Positions 1-11,193 of a stretch of 20,000 bases of DNA are shown here, piece by piece. The notes beneath the pieces were generated by a model. It worked only from the letters and a program-made list of their open reading frames with translations. It was not told the origin of the DNA and did no database searches. Source of the stretch: Vermamoeba vermiformis (taxonomy: Eukaryota); assembly GCA_045837725.1 (NCBI GenBank), contig JBEWZL010000079.1, positions 60,352 through 80,351 on the forward strand. The letters run 5' to 3'. The first letter of the stretch is position 1; each line of letters starts with the position of its first letter. The position numbers were made by a program, and so were the translations under genes.

Positions 1-800
1 CTGAAAACAAAGTCGCGTTTGTGGACCTCAGACCGCTGCTTCAATATTACCGCAAGATGTACTTAACTACTCAAGAAAACTACGATCAAACAACAAACGA
101 AGGCTCAGCTGAAAATCAATGGCCGTTCAGTTTCAAATATGCACCGGAACAAGTCCCCGTCGTCGTGAAAGTTCTTGACATTGAAGAGCCAACAGCTGTT
201 TCGACGGGCACTTGGTGGAACACGCCGACCGTGCCCCGGTCTGAAAGTAAGCACGAACAACAGCTGCCGCTAATGACAGCTTATATTGCTTCAATGGACG
301 GCACTGTGCGCATGTACAACGTCACAAGTTTGATCATTCCTGATGCCCCAGCGGATGTACCCGACGAGCCGTGGAACACATTCCAAGTCGGAAAAAATCC
401 TACGCAGATCTTCCACGGATTTTTCAGCACTGCCAACGATGACTTGCAGATTGTGTGTCGTGGCGATCGATCGATCTATTACGTCTTTTACAACGGAACA
501 ATTACGGAGGTGCTCCGAGACTCGAGAATTCAAGATCCGGTCAATGTATTCGTGTCAATCAATTACGCTGGATACGGCGGTAGAGGTCCAGGCAAAGCTA
601 TTTACTCCTTCGTTATGTCCGTGATGGATTTTGAAGGCAAACAAGTGCTCGCGTACATGGTGAATGATTTGCGAAACAACAATGGCGAGTCGGTTAACTA
701 CACTAATCCGAATACTGGCGAAGAATTGAAGTACATGTTCGGCTGGGCTAATCCAACCAAGGGTTATCCATTTATGGCCAACGCTGATGAGGTCATTTAA
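1..800 (+). CDS. 3' part (last exon, 5'-truncated by the window) of an uncharacterised beta-rich, possibly beta-propeller protein of bacterial appearance
   Basis: Frame is open from position 3 (ENKVAFVDLRPLLQYYRKMY...) to TAA at 798-800; the GTG at 21 is not a real start. It has propeller-like motifs (AYIASMDGTVRMY, QVGKNPT, VCRGDRSI, LRDSRIQDP, SVMDFEGKQV). AATAAA follows at ~811. Confidence 0.8.
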   Translation, partial: ENKVAFVDLRPLLQYYRKMYLTTQENYDQTTNEGSAENQWPFSFKYAPEQVPVVVKVLDIEEPTAVSTGTWWNTPTVPRSESKHEQQLPLMTAYIASMDGTVRMYNVTSLIIPDAPADVPDEPWNTFQVGKNPTQIFHGFFSTANDDLQIVCRGDRSIYYVFYNGTITEVLRDSRIQDPVNVFVSINYAGYGGRGPGKAIYSFVMSVMDFEGKQVLAYMVNDLRNNNGESVNYTNPNTGEELKYMFGWANPTKGYPFMANADEVI

Positions 801-897
801 AAGTTTGTCAAATAAATTAGTAAATTAGAGTTACCCCAAAACGAGCACTTTTATTCTAACCTAACAATCACTAATCTATCACTAACTAGTAAAAATC

Positions 898-3800
898 TTA
901 AAGCAAAGCAAGAGCAATAAACACCAACGTGACAGCACTGATCCAAGTGACTTCCGATGCTGCAACTGAGACAGCCAAACTACCATCTTCGTGAGAAGAA
1001 TTATCGACAATAATATCACCAGTAGCAGATCCAGGCAAGGTCAAAGCAATTGGCGTGTTAGAATAACTGGCTGGTGGCAGAGTCAACACGTTAGTGCTCG
1101 ATGGTTGAACGACATTTGACATTGGTGACATGTTTGACGCGTCATCGAACGAGAACAACGCAATGTATGTCGGAGCTGTCGCGTTTGAATCAAAGTAGAA
1201 GTATTGATAATTTCCTAATTAAGCCGTTGATTAGATTTAATCTCGAAAAAACCCTACTTCGTACCGTTGCGATAGAAAGGTCCTTGGCCGAATGGAACTC
1301 CGACAGCTGATGCCGCCCACCAGTTGCACACAGATTGATTGAAATTAGCCTTTGGTACTATCGGACGAGCACAATGGACGGCATGATAACGCACTGAATT
1401 ACGAAGTTAACACCAAAAGTTCAATCATTAATCAAGTCCTATCGTACCTGCAGTAGCCACAGGAGTCCATCTAAACACCACTCGTGTATCACCTACTTTG
1501 CGATACGCAACGAGATCCGTGACTTTATTGGGCGGTTTTTTGTCGTCACGAGTGTGGTTTTTCACGCGAATGAAGAGTCTAGATAATATATATTTAGTTT
1601 GCTATATAATGCATTCATAATTATGAATATTACCTATTCTCGAACTGTCCGGTCCATTTTCTGAATTCTCCCCAAGGTCTATCACCGCCATTCAAACCAG
1701 CTCGGACGTACTAATGAAATGTTACCACTATAAGCAGACACAATAGCACTATATATACTTACGTTGATGGTATGGTTAATGAACCAGTCGTGGCCAGTGA
1801 TCAAGTACACGAACATTTCTGGGTCAACCAAAGTCAACGCTGTATTGGCCGAAGTTGAATTCGGATACTGTCCGCGATTTCTATAATCAGGGAATTGACC
1901 GTAATTGTAGTTCCAATCAGCCAAGCCGTACAAATGGTTGAACGCTTCAGCCATGTATTGAGCGTAGGTGTCATTTGTTGTTGCACCGTACAAAAGCTCT
2001 AATTAAAACAAAACGATAAGTCAATATAACATATAATCAAACGGCTATAGATTGGTACAAAAGGTGTAAATGTCAAAATGTCACTTGTCAAAAGTGTCAA
2101 AAGTGTCAATTTTACGGTCATACCGCTCCAATAGTTAGCGTTCCATCGCATGAGGTATCCAGTTTGATAACCAGCAGTAGTTGAGTCACCGTAATACGGA
2201 TTAGTTGTAGGCACGACGTAGTTGCGGAAATAGATCGCCATTTGATTGATGATGCGCAAGTCACCTGTTGCTTTGAACGCTGACAACGCATGATTCAAGG
2301 CATGACCCATCCCTCGGTGGCTCACTAATGAATAGCGTTAGAAATTGGTCTATTTTTCATTGCACGTACTGTCAGGAACAGGGTCTTTTTGGTGCAATCT
2401 GACTTGTCTGAACTGCGCGACAAATTTCATCCAGTCTTTGTACCACAAGTTGCCAGTCAGATAGTAGGCCTCGTCAACATGGTAAAACCATGCTGTATAA
2501 TAAAGTTAGTCTTGTTAGCAAAACTATATAGGCCCTACCATGCTCGTCATCTCTCGCGTCATAGATTCGGAGGGTGCCGTTGAAAATGGGTGCTGTCACC
2601 ACCGGAACTACGTCCGCAGGCTATGAAAAATAAAGATTATCATTTAAGCTAGGACGTGTTCACACTTACACCGAGAAACTGTCTCCAATTGCCTTCACAG
2701 TAGCCATTTTCAGTTAACTTCACTGCAGGAAAATCCTTGAAATAGTCGTAATGAGCAAGCCTTTAGAATTGTTGGAACAATATACACGGGTGATTTTTTA
2801 TGACTTACCATTGAGGACGAAGATTCAGCTCACCAATAATGTAATTTCTTGCCATGAAGTAGTCTGCGGGATCTTCCGAAGCGATCACATTAGCAGCCGC
2901 ATCGGGCCAACTACCAGGAACGCAGCTGTTAGCACGGTATATACCCTTAGGGTCTCCAAACGTAGACATGGTATGAAATTGCAAGTCGGGAGCATCCTTT
3001 CTCATGCGGATATCTGACATTAATTAGATGGAATTCCTAATTTTTCCGCGTGTCAAAAGTGTCACTTACTCGTAGGATTAGAAGGAGCGTCAATCGGCAC
3101 AGCACCGCCCAGGTCCAATGTAGCTTTAGTCTGTGCATACCAGCTCGTGGGTACAATAGCAACAGGTGGGTTGTGGAACAGTTTGATGACGTTCGTAACG
3201 GACTCAGACGACACATTTGCATTGTGGAAGTATAAGAACGACTCCTTGTAGATGTGAGTCATGTCAGCTACGTAATAAAGACCAGAAGGGTTGAGACCCC
3301 ATGGCTTGAAAATACTCGTCCACGTGGCTGAGCCCCTCGGGAACAGTTGCAGTGAAACTTTGTTGCCAGCCGCTTGCATAGCATTAGGCCATCGCTCCCA
3401 GAAATGACGGATAGTCGATGTGACGGCAACATTAGAGCTCGTGTCTTGAAGTGACAGCCAAACAAAGTTGCTTTGATTGTTCACGGACTTGACAACTGAT
3501 TCGCCGTCGTATAAATCACCTTTCAACAGTCCACTTTGGAACAAGCGAACATTAGGATAGCTTCCCACCTTCTCATATACGGATCTTTAAACAATCGTTA
3601 ATGTAACGCTGGCGAGCACCACGAAATTTCACTACGTACTTGTCAGCCATGCCCACACGAACACGGTTAGCGTTGAAATTGGTCAAAGTGAATTCGACGT
3701 TCATCTCTTTGAAGTAGAGGTACCACGAGAGAGGAACTTTGGCAGAGTTTTGCACTTGGTAGTCGAGGTACACGAATGGTTTGCCCGCGTAAGCATACAA

Positions 3801-4869
3801 ACGAACCGCTGCTCCACGCTTTAAAAGGCCTCTGCAAACATTGTTAAAAAAATTGAAATTTCAGTAAAAGACACTCTGTTAACTTACACGTCAGTTCCGT
3901 TATAGAGTGTCGGATAGTCCACGCGAATGACCGCTCGAAGAGGACCGCTTTCTTCAACTTCCCACGTCAGATCTGACCTTTGTGCATCGTACTGAGTGCT
4001 AGTACCGTCTCTTTCAATGAGCACACCACCGTTCTGATGTCAAAAAATGTTAAATATTGGATCTGGGTCTTCGCATTAGACAGGCATACCTTTGCATTGT
4101 GAGAAATGACTTTTTCTTTGTCTTCAAAGACTTTGTTACCGTTAGCATCAAACCACAGCTCGTTGATCACCGTGAAAGCACTTTTGCGAAGAACAAACTT
4201 CAACGGACCCTAATTATTAACAGAATCAGAAACCACGTGTTATAAATCACGTGCAGGCAAGAATCACTCACCGTAATAACAATAGTAGCGTTAGACGTAT
4301 CTTGTACCGTCACTGGAACTGCAGGACGCAATGCCTGTCCGGACAAATCATCGCGGACAAAGTACTGCTGGATACCGCTCGTCGGAGTCCTAAAGGAAAA
4401 CGAATAAATTAAAAACTTTGACTTTCAGACCACTAAATTTCGTTTCGCTTGCCCGCTAAATGCTGGCACAGATGGCTGGAAGTTCACCGTGACGTGACGA
4501 AGATACTGCGGGGTCGCCGTCCAATATCTGTTCAAGACCTCAAATTGAGCTGGAACTGCGGTGCCATTTTCATCCACCACGCGAAGTTTTTGAGTGTCGG
4601 TGAGGGCGCCAAAGGGAAGCGGGAGTACGAATGTGACAGGGACTATAAAACAAAGTAATTAAACGAGTGGATGAAGATGAGGTTGTTTGTGCCGTACATC
4701 CATCGGTGCCTGTCCAAGCAGTTTCTTTCACCGTGATTGGTACATTTAGTAGCATTGCCGAGCCTATCAAAAGAGCATTTAGCCAACAGAAAGTTAAGAT
4801 GGTTGTAAGCGAGTTTGAATTACCCAACAAGGCTAGGAGCAACAATATCGTCCGCTGCATCGTAGTCAT
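898..4869 (-). CDS. Secreted, probably GPI-anchored PcRGLX/YetA-like (polysaccharide lyase family 26-related) protein with a C-terminal FN3-like domain; 18 exons, ~990-1000 aa
   Basis: Spliced manually with the frame conserved across 17 introns (e.g. 4764-4823, 4643-4697, 4390-4452, 4210-4271, 4034-4089, 3832-3887, 3585-3639, 3014-3069, 2761-2808, 1999-2123). Signal peptide MTTMQRTILLLLALLGSAM. N-terminal barrel-type motif FPVTFVLPLPFGALTDTQKLRVVDENGTAVPAQFEVLNRYW. Sandwich motifs VEESGPLRAVIRV and IRHFWERWPN. Helical region EAYYLTGN...HRGMGHAL...AFKATGD. FN3-like PPNKVTDLVA...FRWTP...YIALFSFDDASNMSPMSNVV. Ser/Thr spacer, then hydrophobic tail WISAVTLVFIALALL-stop. Confidence 0.8.
2071..2109. 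repeat. Cluster of five TGTCA (TGACA) motifs, including the tandem 9-mer TGTCAAAAG, inside the longest intron of the PL26-like gene
   Basis: tgtcaaaatgtcacttgtcaaaagtgtcaaaagtgtcaa; the same TGTCAAAAGTGTCA recurs in another intron at 3051-3064. Confidence 0.6.
4390..4452 (-). other. Non-canonical GC-AG spliceosomal intron (63 nt)
   Basis: Minus strand ...TTT AGC GG|GCAAGC...TTCCTTTAG|G ACT CCG. The unspliced frame hits TGA and no GT donor of the required phase is present. Confidence 0.75.
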
Positions 4870-6286
4870 GCAGTTGTTGCAATAATTTCACGAACGAAAA
4901 GAATATAAAAAACTCTCGCAACAGAAAGACTTTTATAACCGGCCCAAATGAGAATCTTACTGCGATCCAGGACCATGCCACGGAATTTCGTGAAAAAATC
5001 GATGCTCATGGCACCGGACGCATATAATGTACCGCGCAATCGTATCCGTCCTCTTTGAAATTTACCTATCTGACGTACTGTCATGCGAAAACATCTTCGT
5101 ACAGATACACACTATCGAAATATAACTCCGTTAATAATTGCGTTACACTAGTCTTGAAAGGGACTTATAGAATAAGCAATCAAGTTTAGAGGAAGACGGG
5201 TGGACCTACTATGGGAGAGAATCCAGAGCTGGCTGTCCCGTCGCGTCGTGCTGACAGTAATATTGAAAATGCCCTTCAGCAGCTAGCGGACCTAGTGTAA
5301 TGTCCATGGTGTCTAATCGAAGACTGTTATTCTCGTTTCGCTAGTCACATAAGAACAAGCTGGTTCGCTACAAATCAGCTTGGATCCGCTTAGCGAAATC
5401 TTTCCTACCGCAAGACAATGACGTTAGAACTGTGAATGTATAATGAAATACACTTACACTAACGATACACTTTAATATAGCAGATGCAAAAACACGGTAA
5501 ATCTGCATATCAATCAAATCAAAAGGTTGCACGCACCGAAAGAGTCCTAATATATGTTCTAGCCACCGGAATAGCTGTATTGTATTCCTTTTGTACCATC
5601 AAACGAGATCATAATTCGAGAAAAAGCTTTTCTTTCTGTTGAAAAGAAAGTCGGACTCGAACGTAACAAATGTTGAAGGGGATCTCCACAGCAAGACCCA
5701 TTTATTCAAGCCACTGTTAGCGCGTCCATTATTGGTAGTAATACTGCTAATCAGTGTGCAAGCTGCTAAGATTATATCAATTCTAAGTTAATTTAATTAG
5801 AAATTCTTTTGCAATCCGCTTCGAACGAAATACAAATTACTAAAAATATATTATTATTTTGCTAACAATTGTACTATCATTATTTTATACCCGAATTATT
5901 TTTTTGTTCGATTGTACAATAAATAAAATTTGGCAGTGGTTTCAAGCTATCCTTCTTGGCTATAATTACGTACTTAATTGTCGTAGTGGTACTGAAAGTG
6001 AAGCTTTAATTGTGTTCTTATTGAATTGCGCTTTACAAATCAAAAGAAAAACTTCCGTTTCTTTTTTTATAAAAATCAAGACGAGTCATAATCTACGAAC
6101 TAGTGAGCACTTACTTAAGTGAGCACTTCAACTATAATGTAATCATTACATTTTACTTCTTGGAGAACGATTTAACCATGGCTTCGTAAGTAGAGTTAGG
6201 TAACGACTCTAATCATTATCTAGCCATGCCACAGTTCAATATCAATTTTCGAATAAATTAAAGTATTATTACTGAATATTTATTTA

Positions 6287-7371
6287 ATGCATAGGTACGC
6301 TGCGCTTACCATACCAGAAATTATCACTATAATTTTTAAAAATCTTCATTGGAAATCCATTCCAGTGGTGCGTCAAGTATGCTCTCAGTGGTACAATATC
6401 GTCAACAATAATGAGAATCTTAAATACAAGTTTAAATACTACTCTGAATTCGGAGGGCCACTTTACATCATTGACGAGGAAGATTATGACGAAGAAGAGC
6501 TTGAAAAACGAAAGAATTATCTTGAAATGGATTGGAAAGGCAAATATAATGCGCTGCTAGCTGAAATCGAGGAAATGAAAGGTAGATCCGGTCCATTTGT
6601 TTCAACGCTAAAATTTTTCTAGATTATGAGCATTATCAGTATCGACAGAACTATTGGTTCACTGAATGGGCGCTTCAAGAAGGACACTACAAATTTCTTG
6701 AAAAGTTGATCCTCGAAGATAAATACAACATTGAATTTTACGAAGGAGATCCGATACTTTCAGAATGCCTGCGCAAAAATGACATTAAGACCTTTAAAAT
6801 ATTAATGAAGTACGATAAGAAGAACAAGTCAGAATTATTTCCACCGTTGCGACATTCATCTTTGCAACACGAAGCGGCCAGATTAGGCAACCTCAAGTTC
6901 TTGAAGCTGTTATTAGACGCTGGTGTTGATATCGATCATTACGAGGACGGCGAAGGCACGCCTATTTTAGTCGCGTTAAATGAAAACTCAGAAGAGATCG
7001 TATTACTATTTTTGGAAAGAGGAGCAGATCTCGAGAACGTCTTTGAAGCATATTCTTTCGAAGAATTGATAGAACATTGCGCAACGAAGTTATGGGCCAG
7101 ATCGATTATTGCATTCATGGAGAAAGAGTGTAAACAAAGAGAAGATGGTTTGATGTTTGCTGGATCTGAAGTTGAAAGCATTAAAGAAGATCAGCGAGAG
7201 TTAGTACAATATATTACGGATGCTATTGAAACAATGAAGAACCAAGAACAGACGAATGAAGCAGCAGCGAACGCGATCCAACTCTTAGAAAATTATTCAA
7301 AAGAGCTTGAGACAAAATTCAACGAGATGATAAATGAGTTAAATACGCAACATATTAGTACTAATAAATAA
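6287..7371 (+). CDS. F-box (N-terminal) + ankyrin-repeat protein, 2 exons, ~347 aa
   Basis: F-box-like LTIPEIITIIFKNLHWKSIPVVRQVCSQWYNIV. A 41-nt intron 6582-6622 (GTAGAT...TTTCTAG) joins the two ORFs in frame (K|DYEHYQY). Ankyrin motifs SLQHEAARLGNLKFLKLLLDAGVDID and TPILVALNENSEEIVLLFLERGAD. Coiled-coil-like tail. Confidence 0.85.
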
Positions 7372-7555
7372 TGATTAATTTCTATTATTTGATTGGCTAT
7401 TGAGGCTTGGTGATTTGAATCGGTTAGTTTTATTCGGCAAAAATACAATAAGGACCATGCGGCCTTAATAATTAATATTAATTAAGTACCGAGCACTCAA
7501 TTAACGTAACAAAATAGTTTTTAGGAAATAAATAGTGGTCGTAACGAAGATCCGC

Positions 7556-10500
7556 TTAATCCAACAGAGGATCGCTTCCAGGCTTGAACTCGGCCTCGCA
7601 TTCTCGGATAAACTTGCCACTGATCTTGAACTTGTATAAATCCTTGAAAAATCGTTCAATATCCTCGACTTTTTGTTTTTTCTGCAAGATCGCGATAATG
7701 CCATCGAAATCCTTCGTCAAAAGTTGAGCTGATAAAACGTTAGCCGAGTATCATTATCATTGACGCCAATAATCTCATACGTACCTTCGTTATTCTTAAA
7801 TATTAAATAAGTTACTGTGTACATGATGTCAAATCCTTCCAAAAAGAAGACGTCCCAAATTCGCATTACGACTTCGAACGAGAAAGTATCCAAGAACAGC
7901 TTGATGAACCACTTGGTCAAATAATACGATTTGTGAACTCCATTCTTTTCCTGGAAAGTAAAAATTGGATCCGTTAGATCTGCTAACTTTCGAGCATTGG
8001 ATCTCAGTTAGGACTTACCAGATGATTATATAGTTTTGGCAAGTACTTCTCAAGAACCTTGCCATGTACGAAGAATGATCGTTTCAGCAAGGGGAATCCA
8101 TCTTCCCATTTGCCTTTCATCAAAAACTTCTGGTGCTCGCAGAGCTGGATCAGCATCCAGAACGCTTCTTCCTCTTCGACAAACATTAATAGCACTGAAC
8201 AAATATCGCTCATGCCCTGGCAGTATCCAACCTCTGAATCATAGACTGAATATGCCTTCAAAACGTTGAATAATGAAATTTGCCTAAAAAGGAAATGTCA
8301 ACTCTCCGCAGTATGACACCAATACTAATACTATATAGTTATTACTATAATAGTGCTTACATTTTTCCGTATCGCTCTTTAAAGTCAACGTGGTTACGGT
8401 TAGATCTGTTGATGTCCAAGTCAATCTGATGCATGATCTTCTCTTTGGCCTTAGCCTCGCGATATCCTTTGTACGTGTTTTGCTTCGAGTCTCTGACTTT
8501 AGCGCACTCAGTCAACAAGACCCACGCTTGACCACGCACGCGCTCAGGGATGCCTTTGTACACTCGCCTCTTGACCTAAACATTGTTCGGTAATTTAATA
8601 AGTGCACTTGATAATGATACTATTCGTTAGATTAACGAGCCATTATGGCATGATTGGTACCTTATTTAATTTTGAATCAATGAACGAGTCCCATCGCTTG
8701 ATCATTTTGACCCATTTCTTCGTTCTCAACCACTCCATTGCCTCGCGCTTTTGTTTCTCTTCTTCAGTCTCCTCACTGTTAATAATAATTTACCGTTAGC
8801 AATTTCTTCCCGATCGAACCGGGCCTCAAAATGTCCCTGTTATCAAGCTCTCTTGAGTCACTTACATATCACTGTCACTGTTGCCTTTAATAAAGCCCCA
8901 TCGATCCACTTTAGGCGGTGGTAGCTCCTCGCCATTGGTTACACTCGCGCTCTCTTCTTCGCTGGTCGAATACGACTCCATGCTGTTGCGTCGAGTTGAT
9001 GAAGATAACGAGCTGCGCGTCCATTAGTAAATATTATTCCGACTTATAAACACTACATACCTCTTCGGCGACTGTTTGGCTGGCCGTTCACTGAATCGTC
9101 TCTCGCGCTTTTTCCGTTCTAATGTCGGGTCGTATCGCACACTCACATCAGCACCGTTGTTTATCAGCACGTCTGCAAAGCAATGTTAATCGTTTCATCC
9201 AATCATTTAGCTATGTTTGTATTCTAGCCGAGGGCTATTACATACTTGCAATCTCTTCGTGCTCATTTTTCACTGCTAACCTAACAGGAGCAATGCCATC
9301 CTTGTTCACCGGCGAGATCTCCGCATTATGACGAATTAACAGTGTAACAATAGACAAATAACCTCGTTCCGATGCCTATAAAAAATTAATTATTAGCTAT
9401 GCAAGTATTGCATTAATTGTATTTTTGCTAGTACGCGAGATCCAAATAAGGAAAATTAATTATCCGATAACTTTCGATTCGAATTATTCTGCAACAGAAA
9501 AATTATTATCATACTTACTATATGTATAGGGGTATTATCATCTTCGTCTCGCGCGTTTACATTCGCACCGCGAGCAATTAATTTTTCAACTGAAGCTTCT
9601 TTGTCTTTCAAAATTGCTAAATGTAGTGGTGTTCGTTTCATTCTGTCTTCTAAATTTACATTCAAATCTTTGCTTTGGAATAATATCTGTATTCATAAAA
9701 GATTAGAAACGCGTTTTCAAAGTTTGTAAAGCGGGATCTGCCCAAAATAATATTTGCAAAGCATCGCTTTCTTAATATCGGATAAATACCTCTTCAAAGC
9801 CTTCTCTACTAAATCTATACACTAAGTGCAAAGGAGTAATGCCATCAACGTCTTGGACTGGATGTGACATGAATTAAAATTAGTTGTTCTAAAAATATTA
9901 ACGCGTTGTACTCGTGCAATTTGCATTATAATAACGATACTAAGTATGTATTAATGTATAATATGCCGTATAATTTTAGCTCGTATAATGGCATTGACAG
10001 TTGACAAGTATTTTACGTAAGAAAATTTAAATTAAATTCGATTCAATAGCCGAACAAATCAATAGAAATTTCGATAATAAATCATATCGTTAATAATATG
10101 CTATTAATATGCATTATTGACGTACCATTAACGTTGATCTTCTCGTGCGCCACAAGTAATTTAACTGTTTCTTGAAGTCCTTTGCAAACAGCCATATGAA
10201 GCGCTGTTCGCTTTAAATAATCGCCCGCATTTACATCAATAGTACTAGTTTTAATTAATGCTTTGAAGCATTCAAAATTCTCGTCCCTTGTCGATCTAAA
10301 AACAAAAAAAGTTAATAATTAATCTAAGCCGATCAAGGAGTCTATAGGTTTGAGTATCATAATTACATGCATATCGTGTAATATAAACACAAAATAGTCA
10401 AAAAATTCGAAAAATAGCCAGTAAAAAGTTGATGTGTTACGTTAGACGGTAATAGCGTATTTATCGTGGAAATTGATCATAAGTGCAGTATTATAGTTTA

Positions 10501-10884
10501 AATAATTAATCATAATTACCTGGCTGTTAAATGAAGAGGGTTTTTGCCGGTCTTGTCACCAAGATTCACATCTGCTCCTTTTTCGATTAAATAATTCACC
10601 ACATCGACTTTTCCTCTTCTACAAGCATGATATAACGCAGTACACTTGTTATCTCCATCTTGTGAATTTAATAAATTTGGATCTTTTGTTAGAAGATCTT
10701 TAACTGTTTCTAATTCGCCATTCTTCGCTGCTTTATGAAAAGGTGATAATCCATTTTTTTTCTTCGCGGCTGTACCATTACTGCCGTTTGATTTTTGACT
10801 TTTCTTCGTATTAGTATTATTTTTCTTTATATTCCGCCTTGGTGACTCTTTGTAATCTCTAGGCGACTCTGAGTTACTGCTCAT
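7556..10884 (-). CDS. Ankyrin-repeat + TBC (Rab GTPase-activating) domain protein, multi-exon
   Basis: About 7 ankyrin repeats (SPFHKAAKNG, TALYHACRRG, NPLHLTA, TALHMAVCKG, TPLHLVY, TPLHLAILKD, TPIHIASERG). Ser/acidic linker, then DRWGF and KGIPERVRGQAW. Catalytic IxxDxxR (QIDLDINRS) and YxQ (GYCQGMSDI) motifs, EEEAFW, RIWDVFFLEG. Stop TAA at 7556-7558 after ...KPGSDPLLD. Confidence 0.9.
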
Positions 10885-11193
10885 GGTGGATATTTATCGT
10901 TTCGATTTATCAAATAAATAAGTGTTTGATTTTCATCGCCGGATGTGTCGTCTTCTGTTGTTCAAAGAAAATTAAAATGACAAAACTAATTGCAACCCAC
11001 ACATTAGGAACGAATCGCATTCTATAAGATACTTTACCTAATATTGTAATCAATATAACCAACCGCAGAGCCTGCAAGATCACGCTTCCGAAATCTACTT
11101 CGGTAACAGCCGAAAAGCTGTTGCATTTTGTACTAAAGGGTAATCTCGCATTTATAATTTTGATGATTGATTTATTAATAAATAAACATGTTG

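Noticed and set aside
5859-6128. 87-aa ORF and a nearby 11-nt direct repeat AGTGAGCACTT (6102-6112, 6118-6128)
   Set aside because: TTG-started AT-rich ORF without coding character; the repeat is too short to interpret.
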